A stretch of 64,000 nucleotides of DNA, from positions 21,700,001 through 21,764,000 of the forward strand of contig CM120646.1 in NCBI GenBank assembly GCA_051362555.1, given 5' to 3'. The position numbers were made by a program, and so were the translations under genes. How positions within the stretch are numbered: the stretch's first letter is position 1; each line of letters starts with the position of its first letter. Source of the stretch: Lingula anatina. Its lineage: Eukaryota > Animalia > Brachiopoda. Positions 1 through 12,400 of the stretch are shown one piece after another. The notes beneath the pieces were generated by a model. That model was not told where the DNA came from and ran no database searches. It saw only the letters and a list, made by a program, of their open reading frames with translations.

Positions 1-890
1 TTGAGTAAACTCAAAGTCCAAGTTATGAAAAAAAAATTAGAGCATTTTTTGTGACTTTTCTATAATGAAAACATACTAGTAGGACTCAAAGTTACAGTGA
101 CGGGCATCAAGTCATTAAGTATAAAGGACCACAGCTACAGTTTAAAAACCTATAGGAAAGCATATCTGTAAAAAAAAGCACATAAACCAAATCAATTTTT
201 CACAAAATGTGTCACCACTTACTGAAAATTAAACTTAGTCTAATGACTACTTTAACAGTCACGCATCTACATCTTATTAAACTTTTTAATCTTTTAAGAG
301 CCTAAAACATAGAATTAACTTTCCCACGCTAAAGAGACAGAAAGGAAAAGGAACTTTGTTTGTGCTGATAAGCATGGTATTGAGGCAACAAAGAGGAAAA
401 GAAAATTATTATCAAATGACTTAAAAAAAAAACTGAAACAAAAACAGGACTGGTATCAAGTCTCATTTCCCTTACATACATGTATGTATCCTCAAGATTT
501 TTTTTTATAAAGATTACTGTAGACACAATTACCAATAATATCACTGTGCAAAGATAACATTTCAACAAAAGATGGGGCTTTGTTCCTTCATCTATAGTTA
601 TCATGTCACAATATCATATCTCTTTGTGACAAAATTATAATATTACTAGAGACAATACGTAATAAATAAATGAACTTATCTAAGAAATGATACAATGAAT
701 AAACAAAATAAAGAAACAAATAAATGGAGGTGGGGGGTAATTAAAGCAATTAGAAACAGGTGTTTTTGGATCAGGAATTTGCAAACAAAATTCACCATAT
801 AATAATAACAACGATTAAGAAAAAATGCTTGAACAAGATACACTCCCCTGAAACAAACACCTGTCTTTTAAGCTAATTATTTCTATATAC

Positions 891-1039
891 CTTAGCGCTA
901 TCTTTGGGATCCTCCACCTTTTCCTCCACCACCTGTCCTCCACTCTCCACATTGGCATAGGGGTTCTCCCCAGGGTCGTTCTTGTTCTCCACATTCTGGT
1001 ATGGGTTCTCATCCTCATCATAGGCTGGCTTGGCTTCAG
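891..1039 (-). CDS. Tail exon with YDED, ENPYQNV and ENPYANV
   Basis: ctccAG|CTGAA...; translates SEAKPAYDEDENPYQNVENKNDPGENPYANVESGG...DSAK. Either a GTATAT donor at 889-890 or read-through VYRNN-stop at 873-875. Confidence 0.85.
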
Positions 1040-1046
1040 CTGGAGG

Positions 1047-1102
<56 letters not shown>

Positions 1103-1594
1103 TTGGGTTATTTCTATTGCTGTATCTCTTCTATTTCTTAATCTTCCGAAGTACCTGTTTTCACTTTGTTTTTATTTTATTATTTGGAAAATATAACAGT
1201 AAAAAATGTATACTTCGTATATTGAAAATAAAAAATCATTTTGTAGCCATCTAGTGTAAAAAAAAAATAAGCATGGGCAGCTGGGATTTTATGATTAACC
1301 TGGTTAACCCTTTGCAAAGAATGCTGGCATAACAAAATCTCAACTTCCATGTCATCAATATGAGCATAAACACTGACTTAATCTAAAGACCTTACTTCAC
1401 AACCAATGCACATACTTTCGTCTCAAGTTGATTATAATCCTCCCATCAATTCTCATAATTTCATTTTAAATAATATGTAAAAAATATGAAATCATCATCC
1501 AATTCAAACCTACATTTCTTTTTCTTCTTCTTGCCTTTATCAGGCTGGGCATATAGGGTAGTCAGTTCTTCATCCTTTTCTGAATAACAAAAGG

Positions 1595-1640
<46 letters not shown>

Positions 1641-4600
1641 ATGATTACAAAGGTATGACCAAGCTATATTTTAATTAAAATTTGCAATATGAGCAATAAC
1701 CTATGCTTGCTTACTTACAGTAACATATTTCAAAAATCCATACAAATTAACACATAAAATAAATAAAAATTAAAAAAATGAAAATGAAAAGAAAATGTGT
1801 TCATAAGAAAAAAAAAAATTGATGTTAAGCTATGTTTACCCTTTCCTTTCTTCTTTTTCTTCTTTTCAGGTTTGGCATACAATGCACCAGGGTCTTGTTC
1901 TGCAGAGTAAGAGAAAGGTTTAAGAACTTGGAGCCTTTTTTTTTTTTTTTTTTTTTTTTTGGGGGGGGGGGGGGGGGGGGAGGGAGGGGGAGAGAGAAAC
2001 TTCATCTTTATATATCAGTTATATCAGTAGCGAAGCTGCACATGCGTCCCCACACATAGCATAGTAAAATTACGGCATATGCAAGTAAAAATATATATAT
2101 TATTGTTTATTAAAAATACTTACATAGTGCAAATTATAAGGACTAGCATACAAGTAAGACAATGTACCATGCACTTCCATCTTCAAAGAATAGATATTAA
2201 AGATGTTTTCTGTGTTGTACTTCATCCAGACATACTGCAAATGTTTGTACCAATGACACATTTTTTCTTTCCAATCTTTTTAAAATTAAAAGTTATAAAG
2301 GGCCCCTAAAAACTCTTCTTGTCTGACTAAATTTTTAGTCCCCTTTCTTATTCTAATGCAATCTGCAACACAGATTAAAAAAAAAAAACCTTTTCCCTTA
2401 ATTAGAATAACTAATGAGAATAACAAAGTATGACAATTAAATGCTCTCTAAATTTTTAAGACCCATACCCTTGTTTCCTGCTTCAGGCACATAAGCTGCA
2501 GCCTCAGCCCCTAAGAGGACAAAATGACAGAGTCAGTCACAGCTGAGATGAAAACTTTACTATTCTTCTCATAAATCACTACAGCTATAAACAATGGAAA
2601 GCTAACAAAAGGCAAATACCATGACAACTTCCCTCTTCCATTAAATAATGTCTGCAAGTCTTAAAGAAGCAATTTCAAGTTTATGACTTTGTTTTCAGGT
2701 TGGAAAAAAAGGGTAAAAGGGTATTTTAAATAAATAAATTCAAGAAAAAATAATTAAGATACATTTTTCAATTCATTTTAGAGGTTTATTTCACAGGGAA
2801 GGTGTTTTTTTATTAAAAAAAAAAAATGTGTCACACAGAAATGAGTTATCAAATCACTACAAGGCTGTTTTGTAACCAGAAAGTTAAGTGAAAAGCATGT
2901 TTTAATCACACACATGACTAAGCAGCAGGAATGAAGCAAAGGAACCTTTCAAAAACACATTTATAACCATGCAAACACAAAGCAAGAAAACAGCAGATAA
3001 AAAATAAATTCCCGAAAATCATAAGCATCATGAAAACTCATTATACTCATGTAATATTTGTAGGAAGAGTATTTCCTCCACAAAGCAGGTAACACAATGT
3101 TATATAAATATATTATCATACATAACAAACTGAATCAAAGCACCCAAACTATTTTATAACAAGCTAGTACAAGTCAAAAATACAGTTCCTGTAGCACATC
3201 ATCATTTTGCCAAACACATTATAATTAAAAAATGTAATTTTGCCTTAGAAAATTAAAAAAAAAAAAAATTGCTTGTCACTGCCCAGCTGAAAAATTTTGG
3301 GTAAATTTCCATTTTTTTTTTTTTAGAAATATCGCAAAGGACAATTGTCTTTAAAAAATTGCAAAAAGATGAGCCAATAACACTTCACATAAAGTTGTTT
3401 TTATATTATTGAATTGCTGATGAGTTTTTCAAAGCAACAGGTACAACAACTTTGTTGCTACAGTAAACTAAGAAAGCATCAGATTGGTTGGCTACTATCC
3501 CATATGAAAAATTCCCACAGGAGGTCCTATAGAACTGCAGCATGGGATTCTATAGGAATCCTACAGGACTCTTTGGGACTCTACGACATTTTATCAGATG
3601 TCCCATAGGAAAAGTATGTCATAAAGGACGCTGTAGGATTTCGAGCCATTTTCTTATGGACCCTTTAGGAAATTTCCATAAGGGATATACTGAGAAATTC
3701 TCAGGAAACAAGCAGTGAAATCAACAGCAGTGGATCATCCTAACATTAGGAATTTAGACTGGGTTCCCATACTTAGATCGATCCATCTGGATCGACCTAA
3801 CTCCCTGGGGGTTCATGCTAAATTGCTATCAGCTCAAGAGGCTTAAATGTCTGTCACGCCTACCGAATCAGCTAGAGGTAAAGATAATTACCCCTTAACA
3901 GCTTTACTAGGCATGACAGACGTTTAAGCCAGTTAGTTTGATAGGAATTTAGTGAGTCTCCCCTGGGAGATTGATCGATCTAAATATCTGTGGGAATGGT
4001 CCCTAAAGCAATTAACTATAACAAAGTAGTTTTTTCTTTATTTTACAATTATCTCTACTACTGTCTAGAGAACTTCTCCATGGAAAGTTATCCACAAGTT
4101 GTGGACACTACATGTATATGCTAGTACAGAGCTGTTAGAAGAAACCTTCACCTTCTTTCCCCTCCTCTTTCTTAGATTTATCTGGTCTAGCATACAAAGC
4201 ATCGAGAGGAGGTTCAACTGGCAAGTTAGAGGCTAGAAATGATAGAAATTAGTCCAAGAACAGTACCAAGATTGACATCATAGACAACATTCATGCTAAC
4301 AGTTAGTAAAATCGAAAGCGGTCTTAAATAATAAGAGAAGAAAATAATCAAAATTGAATCTGCCTTTATTTTGAAATGCAAAAATTGATAAAGTTATTTT
4401 CTTATCGTGTACAATAAAAGTAATGAAAGAAAGATGATCTGTAACATATTGGCAATGGCCCGAATATATGACCTGTTCAGTAAGTTTGGTATTTTTTTCA
4501 CCAATTTCACCTAGGGGTATCAGATAATCTTTCTTTCGATATATAAAACATCTGAAAACCTTTCTAATAATTAAATAAGACTTAGACATAAGACTAAAAG

Positions 4601-6786
4601 TAAATATTTTCAATAAATGGTTGGTAGTGAAAAACACAATTTAAGGTTGGCGCTACATGTGAGGGATTGATTTTCATCTTATTAAGTCCCAGACAAAGCA
4701 GATGAGGTCAAAATGAGTGAAACATCCCCAAGTTCAAAAACAAAGTCCTTGTAGAAATGATAACAAATACTACTTTGGATCCCAGTGGTGCTCTTTTTAA
4801 ATATAAACTCTTCAATCAATAAAAAAATTAATAAATGCTGAGTTTACCCAATCTCATCAATTTTTTTTAAAATGGAAAAACACTTTTCATTAATCCTCAG
4901 ACCTCTAAAATCCATATTTCTCAAGTATCCAATCAAACTGTTCTTAGGAGTACTACTAATATACATCTTACGTACCTCTTTTTTCCTGTTTTTTCTTCTT
5001 GTCTGGCTGGGCATACAGCCCTTCCACTCCAGCTGCCCCTAGATATACAATGAGAGACCATGGTTAGTTTTATATTCTAATTATTTCAAGTACTATGTTG
5101 AGATATTATCAAGAGTTTGAAAAAAAAAAAATCAAAACACATCTGTGGTCTTTCATTGAATATTAAATGGCAAAATTTGTCCTCATTACACAACAAAACT
5201 CAAACATTCAAAGTACATAAATTACAAATTTAGCCATATTAACAAAATCAAAGATAACTTTTAAAAGTCTAGTATAAAGCTGTCTGAGTCAATCTCAGTT
5301 ATCACTGATTAAATTGTATAATGCAAGCAACATAAAAAGAAAAACTAAAAGCATGCACCAATAGTGTAAAGAAAAAAATCACATTTAATATCTGAAAAAT
5401 AAAAGGAGCAGAGATTTTTAAAAAATTACATGTATCCAAAACATGCCCCACTGATTCGAGGAAAGGGTGGCAGCTTAAAATGATGCTAGAGTAATACCCT
5501 TCCAGCAGCAAGATTACAAAGTGTGAAGCTTTTGTGTTGATAAATAAACAACTCTCTTTAACACCCCAAAGCATGGACAAAATGCATGCTATAAATTTTA
5601 AATAATTCGTACTTCTGATTTATTTTTTAAAAACCTTTTATAACATATTGCAGATATAATATATCATCCATTCACTTCAATGACTATAGGTTCCAATGAT
5701 AAAAACAAACATTTTTCCTGTATTATCAATAAATGCTTATAATGCAATGCCTGGCAGTGAACTTCCAGCATTAACCCTTTACTGCCCACAGTGAAAATAC
5801 TCTTAGAATAGTTAATGCAGTGAAAAGTAAAAATACAAGTTATTATATTCACTACTGCATACGCAGTGCAGTATATGTACCACACATGTGTTCCACTTTC
5901 AGAGAATGGAAAGAAGTTAACCCTTTGTATCTTATGCAAGCACCTTGAATTAAACCTTTTAGCACACAAAATGGACTGACAAATCAAAATTATAAGAAAT
6001 TTCAGGATTTAACTGCAGCCTTAGATGGGCCAAATAAAAAGCAAAAGGAAGGTATTCCTTTTAAATTCAAACCCTTTCTATGCTAACTAGTATTAATATC
6101 CTTCAAAAGCAAAGTACAACATTTTCAATGCCATTCAAAAGCCACCACTCTTTCACAACCTGTAGCACAATTTCTAAAAACTAAAAGCAAAACTTCCACA
6201 AATATTAGGGCATGCAAAATGAGAACCTATTGATATAATCCATACAGTCAGAGGAAAACAACAAAATTTAACAAACCTCCTCCCTGGTTTTCTGTAGCAC
6301 TGTGTGTAATGGCGTAGGGTGAATCAGATGTCACAATGTCACTCCCGCTGCCGTTGTCATCCACGCGTCGATATTCCCTGGCAACATAACCCAAAATAAG
6401 CATCAACACTAGGCCAAGAAAAAAATTCACTTACCCGCAGTTTTAGCTGGTTTAGCAGCAATAGCTGGCTTAGCAGCTATGAGCGGGCGGCCATTTTCAG
6501 CTGAGGGGTGAGGAGACTCGGCGTAAGGATTAATATCTTCCACTTCCCCGCCCTCTAATGCTGGGTTAGATATACCACCATTTGAGCCCATGTAATCATT
6601 GCCAACAACCAACGAGCTGTAGAAGAGCCAAGTTAATTGGTCTAAGGAACATGCCCTTGTACATTTTTTTTGCTACATTTGCCATAAAAGCAGCAGATGG
6701 CAAGCATTTTCCTTAGTTTTAAGTCAGTGTCGTAGTATAAGGAAATATAATTATGTAACATTTACAGCTATACAACTTATTTCAGG

Positions 6787-6824
<38 letters not shown>

Positions 6825-9434
6825 AAAATGTGCAAGTAACAAAGCAAACAAAATCATTTTAATTTTAAGATGGATGTCAAAATAAAAATCCTCACCTCTG
6901 TCCAGCCATTTCCATGTCAGGACCTAGAAACAAAGTGCAATTTCTCATTCATTTTCATATTTGAGTAAAAACTTTTAAGTTGTTACCTAGTACTTCTAAA
7001 GTCGGACCAGTCATACTTATGCATCATAACTATTTACAAATATATAAACATATTTGTAAGTTTTACCTTTTTTCTTGCTCGTTGTCGTTCTTCTTCTCAA
7101 GAAGAAGAGAACAGCAATGACTGCTGCAATAAGAAGGACAGGTACCACTACTCCTATGATAATAGGCAGAGAGTCTGATGTTGGTAGTGGGGCTGCAAAA
7201 ATAAATAAATTAATTACTAAATAAAATAAGTAAATAAATATTAATAATACAAGGTGCACATAAAATCCAAACATATGACTGGCAGATTGTGCCTATTAGA
7301 ACTTTTACTAACATTTAAAAAAAACTGGAAGAATATGAAAAAAAAAAATAGATAAAGAAATACAAAGATAACACTTACTTCTTCTCTTAACCTGTTTTTT
7401 CACCACCAAAGCATCACCCTGAAATATCTGCAGAGCAAATTCATACTCCCTGTCATCTGGTAATGTTATCTCAGCTGATGTAGCATTAGAAAACGGGATA
7501 TCATGTATGGAACAGTCATTTGTATGCTTCAGGCAATATACAACTTTAAAACTAGTAATGTCATCCTCTCCTGACACTATGCTCCACGTAATAGTAGCTA
7601 TCCCATTAGAAATGGAAACCTGAAGTTGGTCCTCTGACAAAACTGGCAAGGCTGAAATGGACAGTATAAATATATAGTTATTAAAATACCCTATACATAT
7701 ATAGGTTAACAAATTAAGAGATAAAACCATAACGGAATTTATTTTCTTTAATTTGCAATTATTTAGAAATCGATATTCAGGGACATATATATATCATGTC
7801 TAGGATAAATGTTCTCAGCAGTCAGTAACTGAATTTGTATTTCTGCTTTTTATCTTTAAAGTCATATATTATTAACGGACACTGTGCAAATTTCAAACTT
7901 ATACAGAGCAATATTTTAAATATGCAAGATTGTGTACATTGTAGTATGTTTGGTAAGTTATTTATTTCTACAATGTACACAGCTGGAAAACGAAATTGTA
8001 TGCTGGGAATATGCAGCACATTTATTTTAGGAATTAAGAACAATTATATATCTGTGTGTGACTATATTGTGAGCATGACTTGGAGATTATTTATGTGTAC
8101 AAACCTTTTGTCTTGATGTCCAATATATCTGTAAATGCACTGGCATTCCTACTGGTATCATCGATTTCATTCTCAGCTCGTACTCGGACATTGTAAGTGA
8201 TGTCAGCCTTCAATCCAGTAATTTTGTATTGTTTCATTTGCCTAAACCCAGGATCTGGAATGTTCCAAATGCTCAGCCACTGTGCAGAAGTGGCCTCCTT
8301 GTACTGAAGAGTAAACACCTGTCTACGTCCTCCATTATTACCTGCCCTCCATGATACGTTGACAGATATTGCTGATGACGAAATGTTTCGGAAGTCTAAT
8401 GGAGTGTCTGGCTTTCCTTTTAATAAAATTAATGTAAAAAAATCTGTGAATTTCATTTCTCACAGAAACTGGTCAAAATAAATTTGTTATCAACTGAACA
8501 CAACAATTCATTTAATACTAGCTGGCAATATTATAGTGTACTAGTAAGTAAATCATCAGCAAACTTCCATTTAACTTGTATAGCTTGAGTTGTAACTCAT
8601 AATGTGAGAGGCAGATATGATCTACCTCAATTGTTGGACATAACAAACATGATTAAAATTAATAATTTAGTAAATTAAAACAAATGGTTCTGCAGTTTGT
8701 TTAGTTAGGGTGGGTTACAGATGTGATGGACATGGACAGCATGGACAGACATAGTGATCAGAATACACATACAATATGTGACAACAATGACACAGGCTAT
8801 CAGGTCATGCTGATATTCAAAAGAAATTTGACATTTTAACAAAGTCACTCAGTTAAGTCAAAGTAGATAAAATTAAAGCGGTTTAGGAATAACAGAATGG
8901 CCACAATCACTGTGATGACACAGACAGACAGTGATCTGAATATATGCAGACACATCCCGCACGAAAACGAAGTAGATACTCCAGCGCAGTAGACTACTGC
9001 AATCATACTGCAAACATGCTTCAAATCTGCTTCGATGTGGGAGCTAATTAGCATATTTGAAACATGCTTCTATCATGCTGCTAATCTACTGCATTAATGC
9101 TCCTCCTCTGTACAACCCTATGTAATTTTTGAAGTAGAATTGCAGTAGACCATACTGCATTTCTACTGCAAATATGCTCCACACCACTACTGCGTTAATG
9201 CTTCTTTGCTACTTCGATACTACTGCATTTTCTTGCGGGATAGTACAGAAAATTTATATCTCACTTATACATCCTTCTCCTTCTGGGTATTGACATAAAA
9301 TAAGGTTACATTATTTTTCAGTATTCCATGACACAAATACTGTGTTCACAACATTTAAGCTTCTTCACTTGTAAATAAAAATATTTAATTCAAAGGGTCA
9401 TGCAAAATCAACCACATTGGTACAAGAAGTACAT

Positions 9435-9465
<31 letters not shown>

Positions 9466-12400
9466 CTGCAGCTGAAAAATGCACAGACACTGTGAGCGTG
9501 AGATAAAAAGGGACTTGGGTGGTAAGATGTTGAAGCTAAATTTTCCTCTTACCTAAACGTTCCAGTGTAAAATGAACAAGAAGTGGGTCCTTCACCCCAT
9601 TAGTAACTTCACATGTGTAGTTTCCATAGCTACTCTCATCTATCAGTATTGGCAATGAGGATGAGAAATCTTGGTCCTGTGATGTAATGTTGACCAGTTG
9701 TTGTCCTTTCTTCCAAGTGAATGAAGTTGGCTTGGGGTAAGCGATGACATGGACACTTAAGGCCTTTGTTTCCCCAATATCACCACTTACTCTGCGTTGA
9801 GTTCTGTTATTTGGGCCTTCTTTTGGGGAGTCTGGAAAATATATTTTGCTACTTTTTATTTAAATATTTGGAAAAAGAGAGAGAAGACAACAGAAGTGCA
9901 ATATATCTAACCAAAAATATCCTTTTAGGATTCATTTTTGGACAATATGTTTGCACACACAAAAATATCTCATATGAAACAAGTGTCCCATTCTAAAACA
10001 TGCCATCCTTGACCCTGCCATGATCTCCATTATTATGTTTCATTCTATGGTGTTCTATAATCCAGCACATATGCAGATTAAACTTACATCTAACTATTAC
10101 ACTTCTTGAAGCGGCTTTTGTGAACACTCCGTTGGTTGCAGTACACGTGTAAACACCGGCATCTGCGTATTGTATACGAGTTATCACCAATCTGTCGCTG
10201 GTATTGCCACGGTCTGTAACTGAACCTCCTCCTGTTGGCTGAAACATCCACTTCTGATATCGTATGTTGTTTCCACCAGGTTCTCCTTGTGCTGTACACG
10301 TCATAGACAGGCTGTCACCTTCAGTCTGCTCTGGGACAACAGGGAATGTCACTGTGAGATCTACAACAAGGCAATATTGTAATGATAAATCAGTCTATAT
10401 ATTACCAAAAGTGCAAGATTACATTTGTTAGCATTATTTTTCTCCATGTGAAAAAATCATAACTTATAAGTTATTGTGATGTTTGGGCTGCAGAAATCAA
10501 AATCAACACATTATTAAGATGGGTATGTGAAAGGAACTACAGGTATTTTTTATCAAAGATCTATACAAGGCAATTGGAGTGGTAAGCTTGCACATGTTAA
10601 TCTTGTAATATATTTCCATATTGTTTTGCTGCATCTATAAACATGCATTTTCCCCAGAACTGGACTTACATTGTACAGTTAGAGTAACTTCCCTTGTAGA
10701 TATAAGATCCCCATGCCTCGCTGAGTTGGCTGTTACTGTACAGGTATACTGTCCTGTATCATCCTTGGTCAGTTGTTGTATAGTATGGTTGGCTTGTCTT
10801 GTTGTCCAGCTACCTTTCTGCCATCTATAGGAAGTGACAGTTGGGTTGCCGTATGCTGTACATATTAAAGTGACAGACTCGTTGACCTTCCTGGTACTGC
10901 TGGGAGAGACACTGACCTGAACTATAGGGTGGTCTATGGAAATGTAGAATATGAAAACAATTATACAATGCACATTCTTATGCATAAATGAGAAAAAGCT
11001 GAGACTCATAATTTTTGAAGACATTTTAATAAAATACATGAAATACATACATGTACAATTAAATAACAGGAAACCAAAACGAAGTTGGTTAGGAAAGTAG
11101 AAATAACTTACAAATTTAATTTAAATCAAATTAGTTACAATATATTTGCATACACTATACTGTACTTCCCTATGGCAGTTCAGACCCTGATATGGCAACA
11201 AACTCAGGGAAAACTTGACACTGCAAACTTACACTGAACGTCAAGCTGTAGAGCTTCCTGAACAGTAACCCCCTTTGTTGTAGTGTATTCATTTGAAGCC
11301 AGGCACTTGTATTCCACTTGGTTTTCACTGATGTCTACAGACTGGAAAGTGTACGTAGCTGACCCTGGTACAGACACAGAGTTACGTTGCCATGACAACG
11401 TTGGTGTTGGATATCCACCAGTAGCTGAACATGTCAGCTGGGCATTGGTGGTTGGGTTCTGTCCTGTCGCCAACCATGGTAATGGAGGACTTGGTGTGAT
11501 ACTCACATTGCTTGGGGGATCTGGATATGTACAAAGAGAAAGGAAAACAGCTCTAACACACAAAGTGTTGCTTTTTAACATTACTGCTTAGAAGACAATC
11601 AAAAACCTATTTCACAGCAAGCAGAATGTCATTGCTTAAAACATAGCTTGAATATTATAGGGGAAAAAATCCATCACAGGGAAAATTCCTAAAAAAAAAA
11701 TAAAATAAATAAAAAAAAAAAAACAAGGCAGCAAAGCTGTCAAATGTACAGACAAAAAACAGGAAATAACTATGCACAAAATAGGCTACTGTCAATTCTG
11801 ATGCAAAAGTACATTATGTTGAACTGCAAATTCAACATTAAATTTTAATTATGCTCAACAGGTAATACCAATATCTGAACTTTTCATCAGACCATGTGAC
11901 ATCCATAGATGGCTATACTTTGTAATAATATCTTAAGAGATTATAAAAAAAAAAAAACACTTTTTAGAAAGAAAATTAATTATTTGCCAAAAAGAACAGT
12001 CAAGTTGCAAATATTGCACAACAGGTAGTATCAATAAAAGTTAAATGTTACATGTCCTTGGGAGTTTTAAGTCCCACAATGAAAATTCCAGTATGTGAAA
12101 GATAAAATTTCACAAAATGTACAACAGAATAACATGGTCAATAAGATTACAGTTTCAGGACCATATGTGAGAGTTCAAAATTCACATACTGAAAATCCCA
12201 ATATGTGAAAAAAGTGCATAAAATAATATAATTAGACATAAAAACCAACACAACGCCTTATGTGGAAAAACAGAAAATGCACAGTGCTTCTGGTGGATGG
12301 GAGTTGAAAGTGATATCTTGAAGATGCTAGTGTTTGAAAAATAATTAAAAGAAAATGTAAAATAAAACAAAACAAAAAATTCCAATAAAGCTGCTATTCA

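Noticed and set aside
560-604. Possible further terminal exon (atAG|ATGAAGGAACAAAGC...)
   Set aside because: Weak polypyrimidine tract and no recognisable motif; cannot be supported.
815-1021. Arg/Met-rich minus-strand ORF
   Set aside because: Wrong frame of the real exon 891-1039, whose phase-consistent frame gives the ENPYxNV motifs.
1030-1254. Poly-Asn ORF
   Set aside because: Translation of an (AAT)n microsatellite on the antisense strand.
1730-2059. Poly-Pro/Lys and poly-Phe/Gly ORFs
   Set aside because: Homopolymer runs; only 1840-1899 is bounded by splice sites.
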